Below are positions 8,845 to 19,248 of a DNA stretch of 64,000 bases, piece by piece. The stretch is from contig JACOZN010000005.1 of the NCBI GenBank assembly GCA_016181305.1, positions 5,323 to 69,322 of the forward strand, read 5' to 3'. The notes under the pieces were generated by a model, which had not been told where the DNA came from, did no database searches, and saw only the letters and a program-made list of their open reading frames with translations. This stretch comes from Candidatus Woesearchaeota archaeon. Its GTDB lineage: Archaea; Nanobdellota; Nanobdellia; Woesearchaeales; GW2011-AR4. Every line of letters starts with the position of its first letter. Within the stretch, counting starts at the first letter, position 1. The translations under genes and the position numbers were made by a program.

Positions 8845-10572
8845 TTGGCAACAGAATTGATTAGCTTAGGAGTACTTTTCTTATGCGCTATAGCAGGCGG
8901 AGTTATAGCTGCCAGATTCAAACAGCCGGCTGTATTCGGCTTGCTGCTTGTAGGCGCCGTAATAGGCCCGAATCTTCTCAATCTTGTCCAGGACGCCGGA
9001 ATGATAAGCATGATGGCTGACTTTGGCGCAATACTCATATTATTCATCATAGGGCTGGAGTTTGACATATCAAAGCTTATGAAGATCGGTGCAAGATCTA
9101 TACTAATAGGGCTTCTGAAATTTGCTATTGTCCTTTTTTTTGGCTATGAAACTGCTTTGCTGCTGGGATTCGGCGCAAAAGTTGCCCTGTTTACAGGAGT
9201 CATATTGTCGTTCAGCAGCACGATTGTTGTCGTGAAAGTGCTTGAACAGAAGGAGATGTTCAGCAGGAAGGAAGTTCCCCTGCTGATTGCTGTGCTGATA
9301 ATAGAAGATATAATAGCAGTCATAGCGCTTACATTCTTCTCAGCAGTAAAGGATCCTGGCACAAGCGTGATATCAACGTTTGAGCACATAATATTTTCAC
9401 TTGCAATCCTGATATTCGCATATTTTATCACGATCAAGATTCTGAAGCACGGGGTAAGCTTAATACTGAAAAACAGCAGCGACGAATCTGTGCTGATTTT
9501 CCTCTCGCTGGGGATAGGTTCCCTGTTCAGCTACTTTGCATTCTCGCTTGGGCTGACGCCGTCGGCAGGCGCATTTTTGGCAGGCAGCCTCATAGCGTCG
9601 CTGCAGAATGCTAAAGAATACGGGAAAGCCATACAGCCGTATGCCTTGATTTTCTCGTCGCTGTTCTTTATATCCATGGGCACTATGGTTGACTTCAGGG
9701 CGATTGAGCTGAATCTTGCGCTCATCGCAGCCCTGATGTTTACCGTGCTTATCTCAAGGTTCATAGCAATAGGATTTTTGACTATGCTGCTGGCAAACTT
9801 CAGGAACGAGCAGCCTTTCTTTTCAAGCATTGCAATGATGTCTGTCGGGGAGTTCTCCCTGCTGGTTGCAAAAGAAAGCGAGAAATTCTCGCTTGGCATA
9901 GACTTGGTTACAATAACAGCCTCTATAATCTTCATCAGCGCGGTGCTGATGTCCATTGGCATAAACTACAGCGAGAGTATATCCAACTCCATGAGCTCAA
10001 GAGTCCCGCTGAAAACAAAGCTGAAGCTGGAGAGGCTTTCAAACTACATGAGGAAGTTTTTTGACCAGACTGAAATAGAGAACTTCTTCACAAAAAAGCT
10101 CAGGGCAGACTCAAAAATGGCTTTCATGCTCGCGGTCCTGGCTATGTTTGTTTTCTTTACCTTAAGGAGGATGTCCGCTTTAGTGGGGCTTAATTTTCAC
10201 CCCTTTGTTTTGTATGCATTTTATGCGGCAAGCGCCATGCTGATGGCTTACCTGCTGAAAATCACATGGAACAGGATTAGGGAGATACACCGCACGCTTT
10301 CAGTCATACTTACCAACGTGGACAGCTCGAGGAACATAAAAAAGTGCACAAGGATACTCAACAGCCTGCTGATGGCGCTGCTGCTTTTGTTCTCGGCAAT
10401 GCTTTTCCCGTTTGCAATGTTCTCATTCAACTTCAGCGGCTGGATGAATGCAGTGCCCTTTGCACTGATGCTGGCTGCGTTTTACTACATAAAAAGGCTT
10501 GTTGTGCTTATCGACGGGCATTCCGGCTACCATGAGGGATACATCGCAGGCATTTCGACGGCAAAATTCTAG
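8845..10572 (+). CDS. Cation:proton antiporter (CPA2, Kef-like) with extra C-terminal TM region
   Basis: LFIIGLE, SFSSTIVV, LIIEDIIAV, GAFLAG and GEFS motifs; TTG start. Confidence 0.9.
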   Translation: MATELISLGVLFLCAIAGGVIAARFKQPAVFGLLLVGAVIGPNLLNLVQDAGMISMMADFGAILILFIIGLEFDISKLMKIGARSILIGLLKFAIVLFFGYETALLLGFGAKVALFTGVILSFSSTIVVVKVLEQKEMFSRKEVPLLIAVLIIEDIIAVIALTFFSAVKDPGTSVISTFEHIIFSLAILIFAYFITIKILKHGVSLILKNSSDESVLIFLSLGIGSLFSYFAFSLGLTPSAGAFLAGSLIASLQNAKEYGKAIQPYALIFSSLFFISMGTMVDFRAIELNLALIAALMFTVLISRFIAIGFLTMLLANFRNEQPFFSSIAMMSVGEFSLLVAKESEKFSLGIDLVTITASIIFISAVLMSIGINYSESISNSMSSRVPLKTKLKLERLSNYMRKFFDQTEIENFFTKKLRADSKMAFMLAVLAMFVFFTLRRMSALVGLNFHPFVLYAFYAASAMLMAYLLKITWNRIREIHRTLSVILTNVDSSRNIKKCTRILNSLLMALLLLFSAMLFPFAMFSFNFSGWMNAVPFALMLAAFYYIKRLVVLIDGHSGYHEGYIAGISTAKF

Positions 10573-10708
10573 GAAATAAAGCAAGCCCGGCAATTGCAAA
10601 TCAATTTCCTGCTCCTGAAGCCAAAACATAATCCCAAAACTATTTAAATTAAGCACTGTTCACTTCCTTATCTGATTATGATAATACATAATGGGACAGG
10701 AGGCAAAA

Positions 10709-11206
10709 ATGGTCAGCTTTAAACTTTGCATTTCAGACCCTTCGACAGGGCGGACATTCCAAAAAGAGGTAAAGGACAGCACTGCAAAGCCGTTTATCGG
10801 CTTGAACATAGGGGAGAGCATAAAAGGCGACGCGATTGAGCTTGGAGGATATGGGCTCCAGATAACCGGAGGCTCTGACTATTGCGGCTTTCCGATGAGG
10901 AAGGGAATTCTCGGCTTGAGGAAAAAGCTTGTGATTTACGGCGGAGTCGGGTTTGGCGGCGCAGGCAAGGGCATCAAAAAGAAAAAAACAGTGTGCGGGC
11001 ACAAGATACACGACAGGATTTCGCAGATAAACCTTAAAGTCACGAAGCAAGGCACTAAGAAGCTTGCAGAAATTTTTGGAGTCCCTGAGAATGCGGAAAA
11101 GCAGGGGAAAGCCGAGGCAAAAGAGGAAAAGAAGGAATTGAAAGAGCACAAAGAAGCAAAGAAGGAAGCCAAGGAAGAGAAAAAAGAGCAGATTTTAAAA
11201 TCATAA
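10709..11206 (+). CDS. rps6e: 30S ribosomal protein eS6
   Basis: FKLCISDP, LQITGGSD..GFPM and QINLK motifs, with a K/E tail. AGGAGG precedes ATG 10709. Confidence 0.95.
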   Translation: MVSFKLCISDPSTGRTFQKEVKDSTAKPFIGLNIGESIKGDAIELGGYGLQITGGSDYCGFPMRKGILGLRKKLVIYGGVGFGGAGKGIKKKKTVCGHKIHDRISQINLKVTKQGTKKLAEIFGVPENAEKQGKAEAKEEKKELKEHKEAKKEAKEEKKEQILKS

Positions 11207-11268
11207 ATGGTGTCAAAAGCAGATTCAATATAATTTCGAAATAATATTAGCGAACCGCTAATTAAAAC

Positions 11269-12549
11269 ATGGCTAGAAAGAAAAAAGATGAGCAGCAGCA
11301 AGAGTTGCAGGAAGAAGTTAAGGCGCAGCCAGCCCTTAATATAGGCATGGTTGGGCATGTTGACCACGGAAAAACAACCCTTCTTGAGCGGTTAAGCGGC
11401 AAATGGACAGACACTCATTCTGAAGAGCTTAAGCGCGGCATCACTATACGGCTGGGATACGCTGATGTCATATTCAGGAAATGCGAGAAATGTGAAGGCG
11501 CAAGAGCCTACACTACAAAGGAAAAATGCCCTGTTGACGGCTCTGAAACAATCCCATTGAGAAAAGTCAGCTTTGTTGATGCTCCTGGGCACGAGTCATT
11601 GATGGCGACAATGCTTTCGGGCGCGACTATAATGGACGGCGCCTTGCTTCTCGTCGCTGCAAACGAGGAATGCCCGCAGCCCCAGACAAGGGAGCATTTG
11701 ATGGCGCTTCAGATTATAGGAGTCAAGCACGTCATTATCATACAGAACAAAGTTGATTTGGCAAGCGGGGAGCAGGCACTTGAAAATTACAGGCAAATAA
11801 AGGAATTTTTGAAGGGGACTGATTTTGAAAATGCGCCCGTAGTTCCGATTTCAGCCCAGCACAGGGTTGGGCTTGGCTACCTTATAAAGGCGATTGAGGA
11901 GAGTATCCCTACGCCTGCAAGGGACTCAGGCAAGGAACCCATAATGCTTGTTGCAAGAAGCTTTGACATAAACAAGCCCGGAATAACCCATGGCAAGATG
12001 GTTGGAGGGGTTCTTGGAGGAAGCCTGAAGCAGGGCACATTAAAAGTGAATGATATGGTGGAGATAAGGCCAGGACGCACTTTAGTCGAGAAAAACCAGC
12101 AGGTGTGGAAGCCGCTGGCGACGAGGATAGTAAGCCTCAATTCTGGCGGCATAAATTTAGAGGAAGTCGGGCCGGGCGGCTCAGTCGGGGTGCTTACTTC
12201 CCTTGACCCCTCGATTGTGAAGTCAGACCAGCTGACAGGCTCTGTGGTCGGCTTGCCAGGAAAACTTCCAAAAGTATGGAATGAACTGATTTTGGATGTT
12301 CATTTATTGCAGAGGGTTGTTGGCACAAAAGAGGGTTTAAGCGTCGAGCCCATCAAGATGTCAGAGTCCCTTATGCTTAACGTAAACTCAGCTGCTACCG
12401 TCGGCATTGTAATAGAGCTGAAAAAGAATAAGATAAAATGCAGGCTGAAATTGCCTGTTTGCGCCGATGCAGGGCAAAGGGTTACAATTTCCAGAAGGAT
12501 TGGCAACAGGTTCAGGCTGATTGGTTACGGGGAGATTGTGGAGAAGTAA
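11269..12549 (+). CDS. eif2g: Translation initiation factor 2 subunit gamma
   Basis: GHVDHGKT, RGITIRLGY, DAPGHE, QPQTREH, NKVD and RSFDINKPG motifs. Confidence 0.98.
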   Translation: MARKKKDEQQQELQEEVKAQPALNIGMVGHVDHGKTTLLERLSGKWTDTHSEELKRGITIRLGYADVIFRKCEKCEGARAYTTKEKCPVDGSETIPLRKVSFVDAPGHESLMATMLSGATIMDGALLLVAANEECPQPQTREHLMALQIIGVKHVIIIQNKVDLASGEQALENYRQIKEFLKGTDFENAPVVPISAQHRVGLGYLIKAIEESIPTPARDSGKEPIMLVARSFDINKPGITHGKMVGGVLGGSLKQGTLKVNDMVEIRPGRTLVEKNQQVWKPLATRIVSLNSGGINLEEVGPGGSVGVLTSLDPSIVKSDQLTGSVVGLPGKLPKVWNELILDVHLLQRVVGTKEGLSVEPIKMSESLMLNVNSAATVGIVIELKKNKIKCRLKLPVCADAGQRVTISRRIGNRFRLIGYGEIVEK

Positions 12550-12554
12550 AAAGC

Positions 12555-13487
12555 TTAATATTTAATTTTAATTTCTGCTAAACCCAAAACATTTTGTTGT
12601 TCGTTTTGATTAAAAATAAGATGTCTTACTTGTATTAAGCTTCCACCATTTTCTTGTGGGAGTTCAATTGTCGCAACTCTTTGAACTTCTCCTTTGTCTT
12701 TTGCAATGACTCCAAACATTTTTTCCATGCTAATTCCCACCTGTCCAAGTGCTTTCATAATCCCATCATCAATTCTTACTCCCAAATAAAATGTTCCTTC
12801 ATTCTTAAGAATTCTAGGTAATTCATAAACCAATTTCTTAGAAAGTTCCGCCGAAGAATTCGTTTCGTATGATGTCCTTTCTTCGTCCAGAAAATGAGTG
12901 CCCTTAAATACGTCATAACTTCCCCATAGCATGAAAGTAACTATATCTGCTTTTGTTTCGCCCTCTGCAAGCATTTTCTCGGTTATATGCAGTTTTGTAA
13001 TGTCATCTAAAAGAAGGGTGTAACCTCTTCTCAAATGTGCTGGTAGTGGTTTAAGCTCAAACCCAATTTTACTGTTAAATTCAAGTGTAGAGTCAGAGTA
13101 CCTATCTACTTGCCATTTGGCTTTAAGTTTATCTTCAGCTAACTGCAAACAATAACCATTTAAATCAACCCCAACTGCTGGAGTTTTACTCCATTGTGTA
13201 AGAAAATTTCCCGTTCCACATCCCAAATCAATTAAAAGACCATCTTTTTCACCTATGAATTCTGAAATCTTCCTGTAAACTCCACTATCTCTGTGCAAAT
13301 TGGATATTCTTTCCCACTCATAAGCATAATTTCTTGTCTTGTCATCCAATGTTTTGGCAACATTTCTTACAGCAGTCGTTGGACTTTCTTTAAAATGATG
13401 CCTAATGGTTCGTCTAGCATTTGCATCTGCGATAGATTCAAGGGCAGATCCCCTCCATTTTCTAAAGTATGTTTCTGAAAAAGGCAT
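12555..13487 (-). CDS. Class I SAM-dependent methyltransferase (A/T-rich orphan)
   Basis: LIDLGCGTG motif I, GVDLN, and RILKNEG. Confidence 0.75.
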   Translation of the reverse strand: MPFSETYFRKWRGSALESIADANARRTIRHHFKESPTTAVRNVAKTLDDKTRNYAYEWERISNLHRDSGVYRKISEFIGEKDGLLIDLGCGTGNFLTQWSKTPAVGVDLNGYCLQLAEDKLKAKWQVDRYSDSTLEFNSKIGFELKPLPAHLRRGYTLLLDDITKLHITEKMLAEGETKADIVTFMLWGSYDVFKGTHFLDEERTSYETNSSAELSKKLVYELPRILKNEGTFYLGVRIDDGIMKALGQVGISMEKMFGVIAKDKGEVQRVATIELPQENGGSLIQVRHLIFNQNEQQNVLGLAEIKIKY

Positions 13488-13553
13488 AAAACTTTGGCTA
13501 AAAATATACTTTATAAACCTTTTTCTTTTTAACCACTTTAAAGTAGCAAAAAC

Positions 13554-13568
13554 CGAAAGGTTTAAATA
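13554..13568 (+). promoter_or_regulatory. Archaeal BRE-TATA promoter (probably leaderless mRNA)
   Basis: CGAAAGG-TTTAAATA ends about 24 bp before ATG 13592. Confidence 0.7.
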
Positions 13569-13591
13569 CTAGTTCTTTCTCTGTATATGGC

Positions 13592-13921
13592 ATGAGGGGG
13601 TTGGTTATATTTGTGTCAGTACTTGTATTTATGGCTTCTTTTGGCTTTTTAGCTTCAGCTATCTACAGCGATAAAGCTGTAACTAGCATGGAAAACAGCC
13701 CAAAGCAGGAAGCAAAACAACTGGAATTCAGCACTTACACTACCGCTGTCTGTGAAAAGGGCAAAGATGTTGTTAAATGCAGGGACGAGTTCTTTGTAAA
13801 CTGCAACGGCACAGTCTCAAAAGCGATTGATGTTGCTGAATGCGAGGGCATAAAAGTCGAGATTCCGAAAGCGCTTGGGTTTGCGACTTTCGGAAGTGAT
13901 TGGAAGGATCCGAGGAATTGA
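13592..13921 (+). CDS. Small secreted Cys-containing hypothetical protein
   Basis: Signal peptide, four Cys and a C-terminal W.DPR motif; has its own promoter. Confidence 0.8.
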   Translation: MRGLVIFVSVLVFMASFGFLASAIYSDKAVTSMENSPKQEAKQLEFSTYTTAVCEKGKDVVKCRDEFFVNCNGTVSKAIDVAECEGIKVEIPKALGFATFGSDWKDPRN

Positions 13922-13923
13922 AA

Positions 13924-14370
13924 ATGGGGTTAGAACAAATAGTGGAAAAATTAAAGGTAATAGGGGTTTTCCCTAAAACTGTGAATGAAAGTGCAGAAAT
14001 CTTTAGAGATTGTGCTAAACCAGAAGCAATTGCAGGAGAAGTGGGCAGACGTCATTATTCATGTGGAGAAGAGCAATTTATTTATTTTCACTTAGGAGCT
14101 TTATTTAGATATGATTCACAATTTAAATCAAAATTCTTGGCAGACGCAAGACAAGAACTCGGCAATCTTGGAATACTCCCAGAAAATATTGATGAATATT
14201 TTCAAAGCGGGGCAGATCCTGGACTTGTGTTTATGTCAAGCCATGAACAAGAATATGGTTTAAGCGAAGTTAGATATCCTAGAGATGTTATGTTGAATTT
14301 TTCTAAACGAGCTGACCAATTTGCCCTTGACAAGTTGAGGGAATGGTTGGGCGTTAAAGAAAAAACCTAG
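13924..14370 (+). CDS. Hypothetical orphan protein
   Basis: ATG lies 2 bp after the upstream stop; begins MGLEQIVEKL. Confidence 0.7.
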   Translation: MGLEQIVEKLKVIGVFPKTVNESAEIFRDCAKPEAIAGEVGRRHYSCGEEQFIYFHLGALFRYDSQFKSKFLADARQELGNLGILPENIDEYFQSGADPGLVFMSSHEQEYGLSEVRYPRDVMLNFSKRADQFALDKLREWLGVKEKT

Positions 14371-14397
14371 TTAAGATTCTTATAAACTAATCTAATT

Positions 14398-14922
14398 TCA
14401 TTCCCCCTCCAAATCAACCAAAGTAATCACTTTATACTTTTCTTCGAGCTTTTTCATCCCGCCCAGGTCAGGCAGCCCGATTATGAAGGCGCACTCGACA
14501 ACTTTGCCGCCTAGGCATTCAATTAGCTTGCATGCAGCCAAAGCGGTTCCTCCGGTTGCAATCAAATCATCAACAAGCAGAACCCTCGAGCCTTTTGGTA
14601 TTGCATCAACATGGACTTCAACAACTGCCCTTCCATACTCCAATTCATAACTTTCCTTTTCTGTCTTTGCAGGGAGCTTGCCTTCCTTCCTTATTGGCAC
14701 AAATCCCTTATGAAGCCTGTGGGCAATAGCGCCTCCAATAATAAACCCCCTGCTTTCAATTCCAGCGACCAAGTCAATGTGGTAGTTTTTGTATCTTTCA
14801 CAGAGCCTGTCAATTACATAGTTAAAGGCTTTCGCGTCTTTCAGCAATGTTGTAATGTCCCTGAACATTACTCCCTGCTTTGGCCAATTTGGGATTGTAC
14901 GAATGGATGATTTTAGGTCCAT
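14398..14922 (-). CDS. apt: Adenine phosphoribosyltransferase
   Basis: FRDITTLL, GIESRGF, RKEGKLP, YELEYG and VDDLIATGGT motifs. Confidence 0.97.
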   Translation of the reverse strand: MDLKSSIRTIPNWPKQGVMFRDITTLLKDAKAFNYVIDRLCERYKNYHIDLVAGIESRGFIIGGAIAHRLHKGFVPIRKEGKLPAKTEKESYELEYGRAVVEVHVDAIPKGSRVLLVDDLIATGGTALAACKLIECLGGKVVECAFIIGLPDLGGMKKLEEKYKVITLVDLEGE

Positions 14923-15010
14923 AATAAAATGGTTTTTTAGGGGGTATTTATAGTTTTTTGATTTTTGATTATGAATAAACTTTTAAATAATATTAGATTA
15001 CTATGCTCTA

Positions 15011-16142
15011 ATGCTCGTCAACAGCCAAAACTATCGCACTGTATGGATGCAGGATTCTTCTGTTTACTTGATAAACCAGCAGTTATTGCCGCATAAATTC
15101 GAGATTTATCAGGCAAAAAATCATCTTGAAACAGCCGATGCAATCAAGACAATGATTGTGAGGGGAGCGCCTGCGATCGGCGCAACAGGGGCTTTTGGGG
15201 GGAGCGCCTGCGATCGGCGCAACAGGGGCTTTTGGGGTTGCGCAGGCTGCTTTGGAATTTACAGGCAAAGATTTTGAAAATTTTAAAATTCATCTGAGGA
15301 AGGCTGAACAAGTCCTGAAATCAACAAGGCCGACTGCCAATGACTTATTTTTTGGAATTGATTTCGTAATGAAAAAAGCCCTTGACAATTTTGACGCCGA
15401 TATTGCAAAAAAATATGCGCTAAAAGCCGCGAATGAATACGCTGACTGGAGCGCTGAAATGTGCAGGCAGATAGGAGAGCACGGAAATAATCTAATAAAA
15501 AATAACCAGAACATTTTAACACACTGCAATGCAGGCGCCTTGGCCTGCGTTGATTTCGGCACTGCATTGTCACCTATAAGAATAGCCCATTACAGCAAAA
15601 AAAATATTTTTGTTTATGTAGATGAAACACGCCCAAGAAACCAGGGAGCTTCTTTGACAGCATGGGAGCTTGCTCAGGAAAAGATAAATCATGCGATAAT
15701 AGCTGACAACGCTGCAGGGCATTTCATGAAGCGTGGTAAAATTGACATGGTTATCGTGGGCGCTGACAGGATTGCGATGAACGGCGATGTGGCAAACAAG
15801 ATAGGCACTTATGAAAAGGCTGTTTTGGCAAAAGAAAACAATGTTACATTTTATGTTGCAGCGCCGTCATCAACTTTTGACATAAGCGCAAAAACCGGAG
15901 AGGATATCCCAATAGAGGAAAGGAGTGAAGATGAGATTCTGTACATGCATGGAATGGACGAAAAAGGCAATATAAATAAATTTAGAATATCACCTAAGGA
16001 AAGCACTGCAAAAAACCCTGCCTTTGATGTGACGCCGGCAAAATATATTACTGGAATAATAACTGAAAGGGGAGTTATAAAGCCGACAAAAGAGGAAATT
16101 GAGAGGTTTGTCGGGGGTAAAATAATTCAACAACCTTTATAA
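15011..16142 (+). pseudogene. mtnA: S-methyl-5-thioribose-1-phosphate isomerase, frameshifted by a 37-bp tandem duplication
   Basis: VRGAPAIG, RPTA, THCNAG.LA, DETRP, GADRI, NKIGTY and NPAFDVTP motifs, split across ORFs 15011-15277 and 15195-16142. Removing one repeat unit restores the frame. Confidence 0.92.
15164..15237 (+). repeat. Perfect 2 x 37-bp tandem duplication
   Basis: GGAGCGCCTGCGATCGGCGCAACAGGGGCTTTTGGGG at 15164-15200 and 15201-15237. Confidence 0.97.
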
Positions 16143-16173
16143 ACAATAGTTGTTTATCTAACATTGAAATAAA

Positions 16174-16983
16174 ATGGATTGGGGGATGAAGAACAGGCTG
16201 GCGAGGATTTTCAATCAAAAGAGCGGCAGGACTGTGATGCTTGCTGTTGACCACGGCTATTTTCAGGGCCCTACAACCGGATTAAAAAAGCCAAGGGAGA
16301 CAATAACCCCTTTGCTGCCTTACTCTGACTGCTTGTTTGTTACAAGGGGAGTTTTGAGAAATTGCATTGCTCCTGCAACAGGCACGCCAATATTTTTGAG
16401 GGTTTCCGGAGGCCCAAGCGTTCTGGGAGAGCTTTCAAACGAGGACATAACAACATCTATGAAAGAGGCGTTAAGGCTGAATGCAGCTGGAGTCGGGATT
16501 TCTATTTTTGTAGGAGAAAAAAACGAGGACAGGACTATATCAAACCTTGGCAGGCTGGTGAATGAGGCAGAGGAATACGGAATGCCTGTGCTTGCAATAA
16601 CAGCAGTTGGCAAGGAGATGGCAAGAGATGCAAGATATCTTGGACTGGCGTGCAGGATTGCTGCAGAGATTGGAGCGCATATGGTTAAGACCTATTATTG
16701 CGAGGAAGACTTTGAAAAGGTCGTTGAAGGCTGCCCTGTGCCGATTGTAATTGCAGGCGGAAAGAAGATTCCTGAAAAAGATGCCTTGCAGATGGCTTAT
16801 AATGCAATAAGCAAAGGCGCTGCAGGAGTTGACATGGGCAGGAATATTTTCCAATCAGAAAACCCGGTTGCAATGATGCAGGCAGTGAGGGCTGTTGTCC
16901 ATGATAATTATTCTGCTGATGAGGCTTTTGAAATGTTTAACAAATTGAAAGGGCAGAAAGTTGTTTCTAGTGTTGTGGAATAG
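16174..16983 (+). CDS. lsrF: LsrF-family thiolase (3-hydroxy-5-phosphonooxypentane-2,4-dione thiolase-like; class I aldolase fold)
   Basis: N-terminus DWGMKNRLARIF...VMLAVDHGYFQGPTTGL, VKTYY Schiff-base Lys, AGGKK and GVDMGRNIFQS. Confidence 0.92.
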   Translation: MDWGMKNRLARIFNQKSGRTVMLAVDHGYFQGPTTGLKKPRETITPLLPYSDCLFVTRGVLRNCIAPATGTPIFLRVSGGPSVLGELSNEDITTSMKEALRLNAAGVGISIFVGEKNEDRTISNLGRLVNEAEEYGMPVLAITAVGKEMARDARYLGLACRIAAEIGAHMVKTYYCEEDFEKVVEGCPVPIVIAGGKKIPEKDALQMAYNAISKGAAGVDMGRNIFQSENPVAMMQAVRAVVHDNYSADEAFEMFNKLKGQKVVSSVVE

Positions 16984-17020
16984 AAAGTTATTTATACAGG
17001 TATTTTGAAGAATAACTTTT

Positions 17021-17590
17021 GTGCTAAAAAACAAGAAAGCGGCATCATTCGGGACAATTGTCGCCATTTTTGGCTCTGTACTTATTGCTCTTGGCGTTGC
17101 CTGGCTTATTGCGCAAAATTGGCACCAGATGCCTGCACCGCTCAAAATTTTCATTCTTCTTGCGGCGACAAGCGGGGCTTACACAGCGGGCACGATACTT
17201 AGAGTTCGCGATTATCACGGCATTGGAAAGGCACTGCTTGTCCTGGGCGCATTGCTTTACACCCTAAGCATTTTTTTGATTGCGCAGATATACTCAACCA
17301 AAGTAACTTTTCAGGGGCAGGCTTGGCTATGGCTATTGGCTTGGGCTGGGATTTTTGCTGCTTCATATGGATTCCAGTCTTCGGCAAGCTATGTTGTTGC
17401 AGTAATCGAATACGGCATATGGGTTATTATCCAGACTTTCGCATTTTTTGAATCGGCAGGTTTATTTTCTGGAGGTGGTTATGGGCATGCTGTTCTTGCA
17501 TCATTTTTCATGGTTTCTGGAATTGCCTTAGCGCTAACAACCGGCTCAGCCTTATACCTTAAATGGAGGGAATCAAAATCGCCTGGCTAG
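17021..17590 (+). CDS. DUF2157-family membrane protein, N-terminal part
   Basis: GS.LIALGV..LIA.NW..MP...K and IFLIAQIY motifs; overlaps the next ORF in the -1 frame. Confidence 0.75.
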   Translation: MLKNKKAASFGTIVAIFGSVLIALGVAWLIAQNWHQMPAPLKIFILLAATSGAYTAGTILRVRDYHGIGKALLVLGALLYTLSIFLIAQIYSTKVTFQGQAWLWLLAWAGIFAASYGFQSSASYVVAVIEYGIWVIIQTFAFFESAGLFSGGGYGHAVLASFFMVSGIALALTTGSALYLKWRESKSPG

Positions 17591-18696
17591 GATACTTTGG
17601 ATACTTTGGAATATTCTTTTGGTTGATTTTTTTGATACCTGTAATAATAGTTGTGGCATGGTTTTTCTCTCGTAGGAAAACAACAAAAACATTTCAAGAT
17701 GCATTATATACCATCTATGGACTCTTATCGTCAAATATAATCTTCTGGCTTGCGCTTATGCTCCTTAGAATTTCAAAATTACAGCATGCAGTTTATGTTT
17801 TGCTTTTGGCAATGGTTGTAGTTGCAGTCATTGCTTACTATTTCCAATCATCTGGGAGCCTTATGCTGGCAATGTTAGAGCTTGTTACTTTAGTTATACT
17901 GCAATATGCAGCATTTATAGAAGCAAAAGAAGATTTTATCTCGCCGGGGTTCTTGGCATTTTACTTGCTCCTCGTAGGACTTATTCTTTATGGCTTAAGC
18001 TTGGTGCACAGGGCTATGAAGCACAAGTTTGGCAGGGTATTTCAGGAATGGAGCGCTTTTTATTTGCTTTTATTTAGCTATATTCTTTCCTTTCAGATTT
18101 TGCTGCCTTACTTATGGCCAAGCGAGTCAAAATCCACAACAGGAGCTGTAGCAATGCTGTTCATAATGGCTGTGCTGGCTATTGCTTCCTTGGTCATTGG
18201 AGTGATGGGCTCGGTAAGCAACAAATCTGTTCAAAACAGGGAAATAGGCTTATTTGTTGTTTTTGTGGTATTGCTGTCTTTGCTCATATGGGCTACTAGT
18301 TTTGTTTCTGATTCGCAAGCAGATTATGGCTATTATGGAAGAGGTCCTTCTGTTTCTGGCCCGCTGCTTTATGTGTGGATTTTCTCTAACACTATCTTTA
18401 TAGGAATAATTCTTGCAATAATCGGCTATGGAACATGGCAGAAAATTCCTAAGATAATCAATTTAGGCATATTATTCTTTGCCGTTGACATTATTACAAG
18501 ATATATTGGGTTTATAATGGACTATTGGGGTTACACAAGCCTTGCCATAATATTCATAAGCGGGGGGCTTATTTTGCTGGCAGGTGGATATGGAATAGAG
18601 AAATGGCGAAGGAGTTTAATAAGCAAGGCAAAATCGGGAACAATTCCACCATCTTCTAGGACTCCGCAATCAACTGCAAGATATACAAGAAAATGA
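17563..18696 (+). CDS. Polytopic membrane protein (C-terminal part of a DUF2157-type protein)
   Basis: About 11 TM helices. The ending RY...WGYTSLAIIFISGGLILLAGGYGIEKWRR is typical of this family. Confidence 0.7.
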   Translation: MEGIKIAWLGYFGYFGIFFWLIFLIPVIIVVAWFFSRRKTTKTFQDALYTIYGLLSSNIIFWLALMLLRISKLQHAVYVLLLAMVVVAVIAYYFQSSGSLMLAMLELVTLVILQYAAFIEAKEDFISPGFLAFYLLLVGLILYGLSLVHRAMKHKFGRVFQEWSAFYLLLFSYILSFQILLPYLWPSESKSTTGAVAMLFIMAVLAIASLVIGVMGSVSNKSVQNREIGLFVVFVVLLSLLIWATSFVSDSQADYGYYGRGPSVSGPLLYVWIFSNTIFIGIILAIIGYGTWQKIPKIINLGILFFAVDIITRYIGFIMDYWGYTSLAIIFISGGLILLAGGYGIEKWRRSLISKAKSGTIPPSSRTPQSTARYTRK

Positions 18697-19208
18697 ACCA
18701 GTATGCTCGCTTAATAATCGTTTTGGCAATACTTCTTGGTATATCGGGCACTTTTCTTCTTTATCTGGCATGGCCATCACTTACTGGACAAACAATTGTT
18801 CTGGCTTTAAGGCCAGTTGATCCCTTTGACCCTTTCAGGGGGCAGTATATAACTCTTAATTATGAGATAAATGCTATTCCCTCTGTTGATGGCGCAAAGG
18901 AAAGCGATGCAGTTTATATCTCCTTGAAGGAAGATGAAAACAAAATTTGGAGGTACGAATCAGCATCTTTGGAAAAACCGCAGCGAGGCATATTTATTAA
19001 AGGAACAATAAAATCAATTTATGGCGGCACAACGAGAGTTGAATATGGCATTGAGCAATTCTTCTTTGAAAGGCATGCGGAATTTCCCCAGCGCGATTTA
19101 ACCGTCGAAGTGAAAGTAAGCAGTTCCGGGCAGGCAAGAATATCCCAATTGCTGCATGAAGGCAATCCAATTAACATAACTTACAGAAAACCAAGCCTGA
19201 CTTCTTAA
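18693..19208 (+). CDS. GDYXXLXY domain membrane-anchored protein
   Basis: PVDPFDPFRGQYITLNY and YGIEQFF motifs; ATGA overlap with the upstream gene. Confidence 0.9.
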   Translation: MNQYARLIIVLAILLGISGTFLLYLAWPSLTGQTIVLALRPVDPFDPFRGQYITLNYEINAIPSVDGAKESDAVYISLKEDENKIWRYESASLEKPQRGIFIKGTIKSIYGGTTRVEYGIEQFFFERHAEFPQRDLTVEVKVSSSGQARISQLLHEGNPINITYRKPSLTS

Positions 19209-19248
19209 TCACAAAACCTTTTTATAAGCATTAAATATTCTTTTCTTT

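Noticed and set aside
16174-16983. AI-2 quorum-sensing operon, or an ordinary class I fructose-bisphosphate aldolase
   Set aside because: No lsrK, lsrG, lsrR or transporter genes are in the window, and the motifs are LsrF-type rather than FBA-type.
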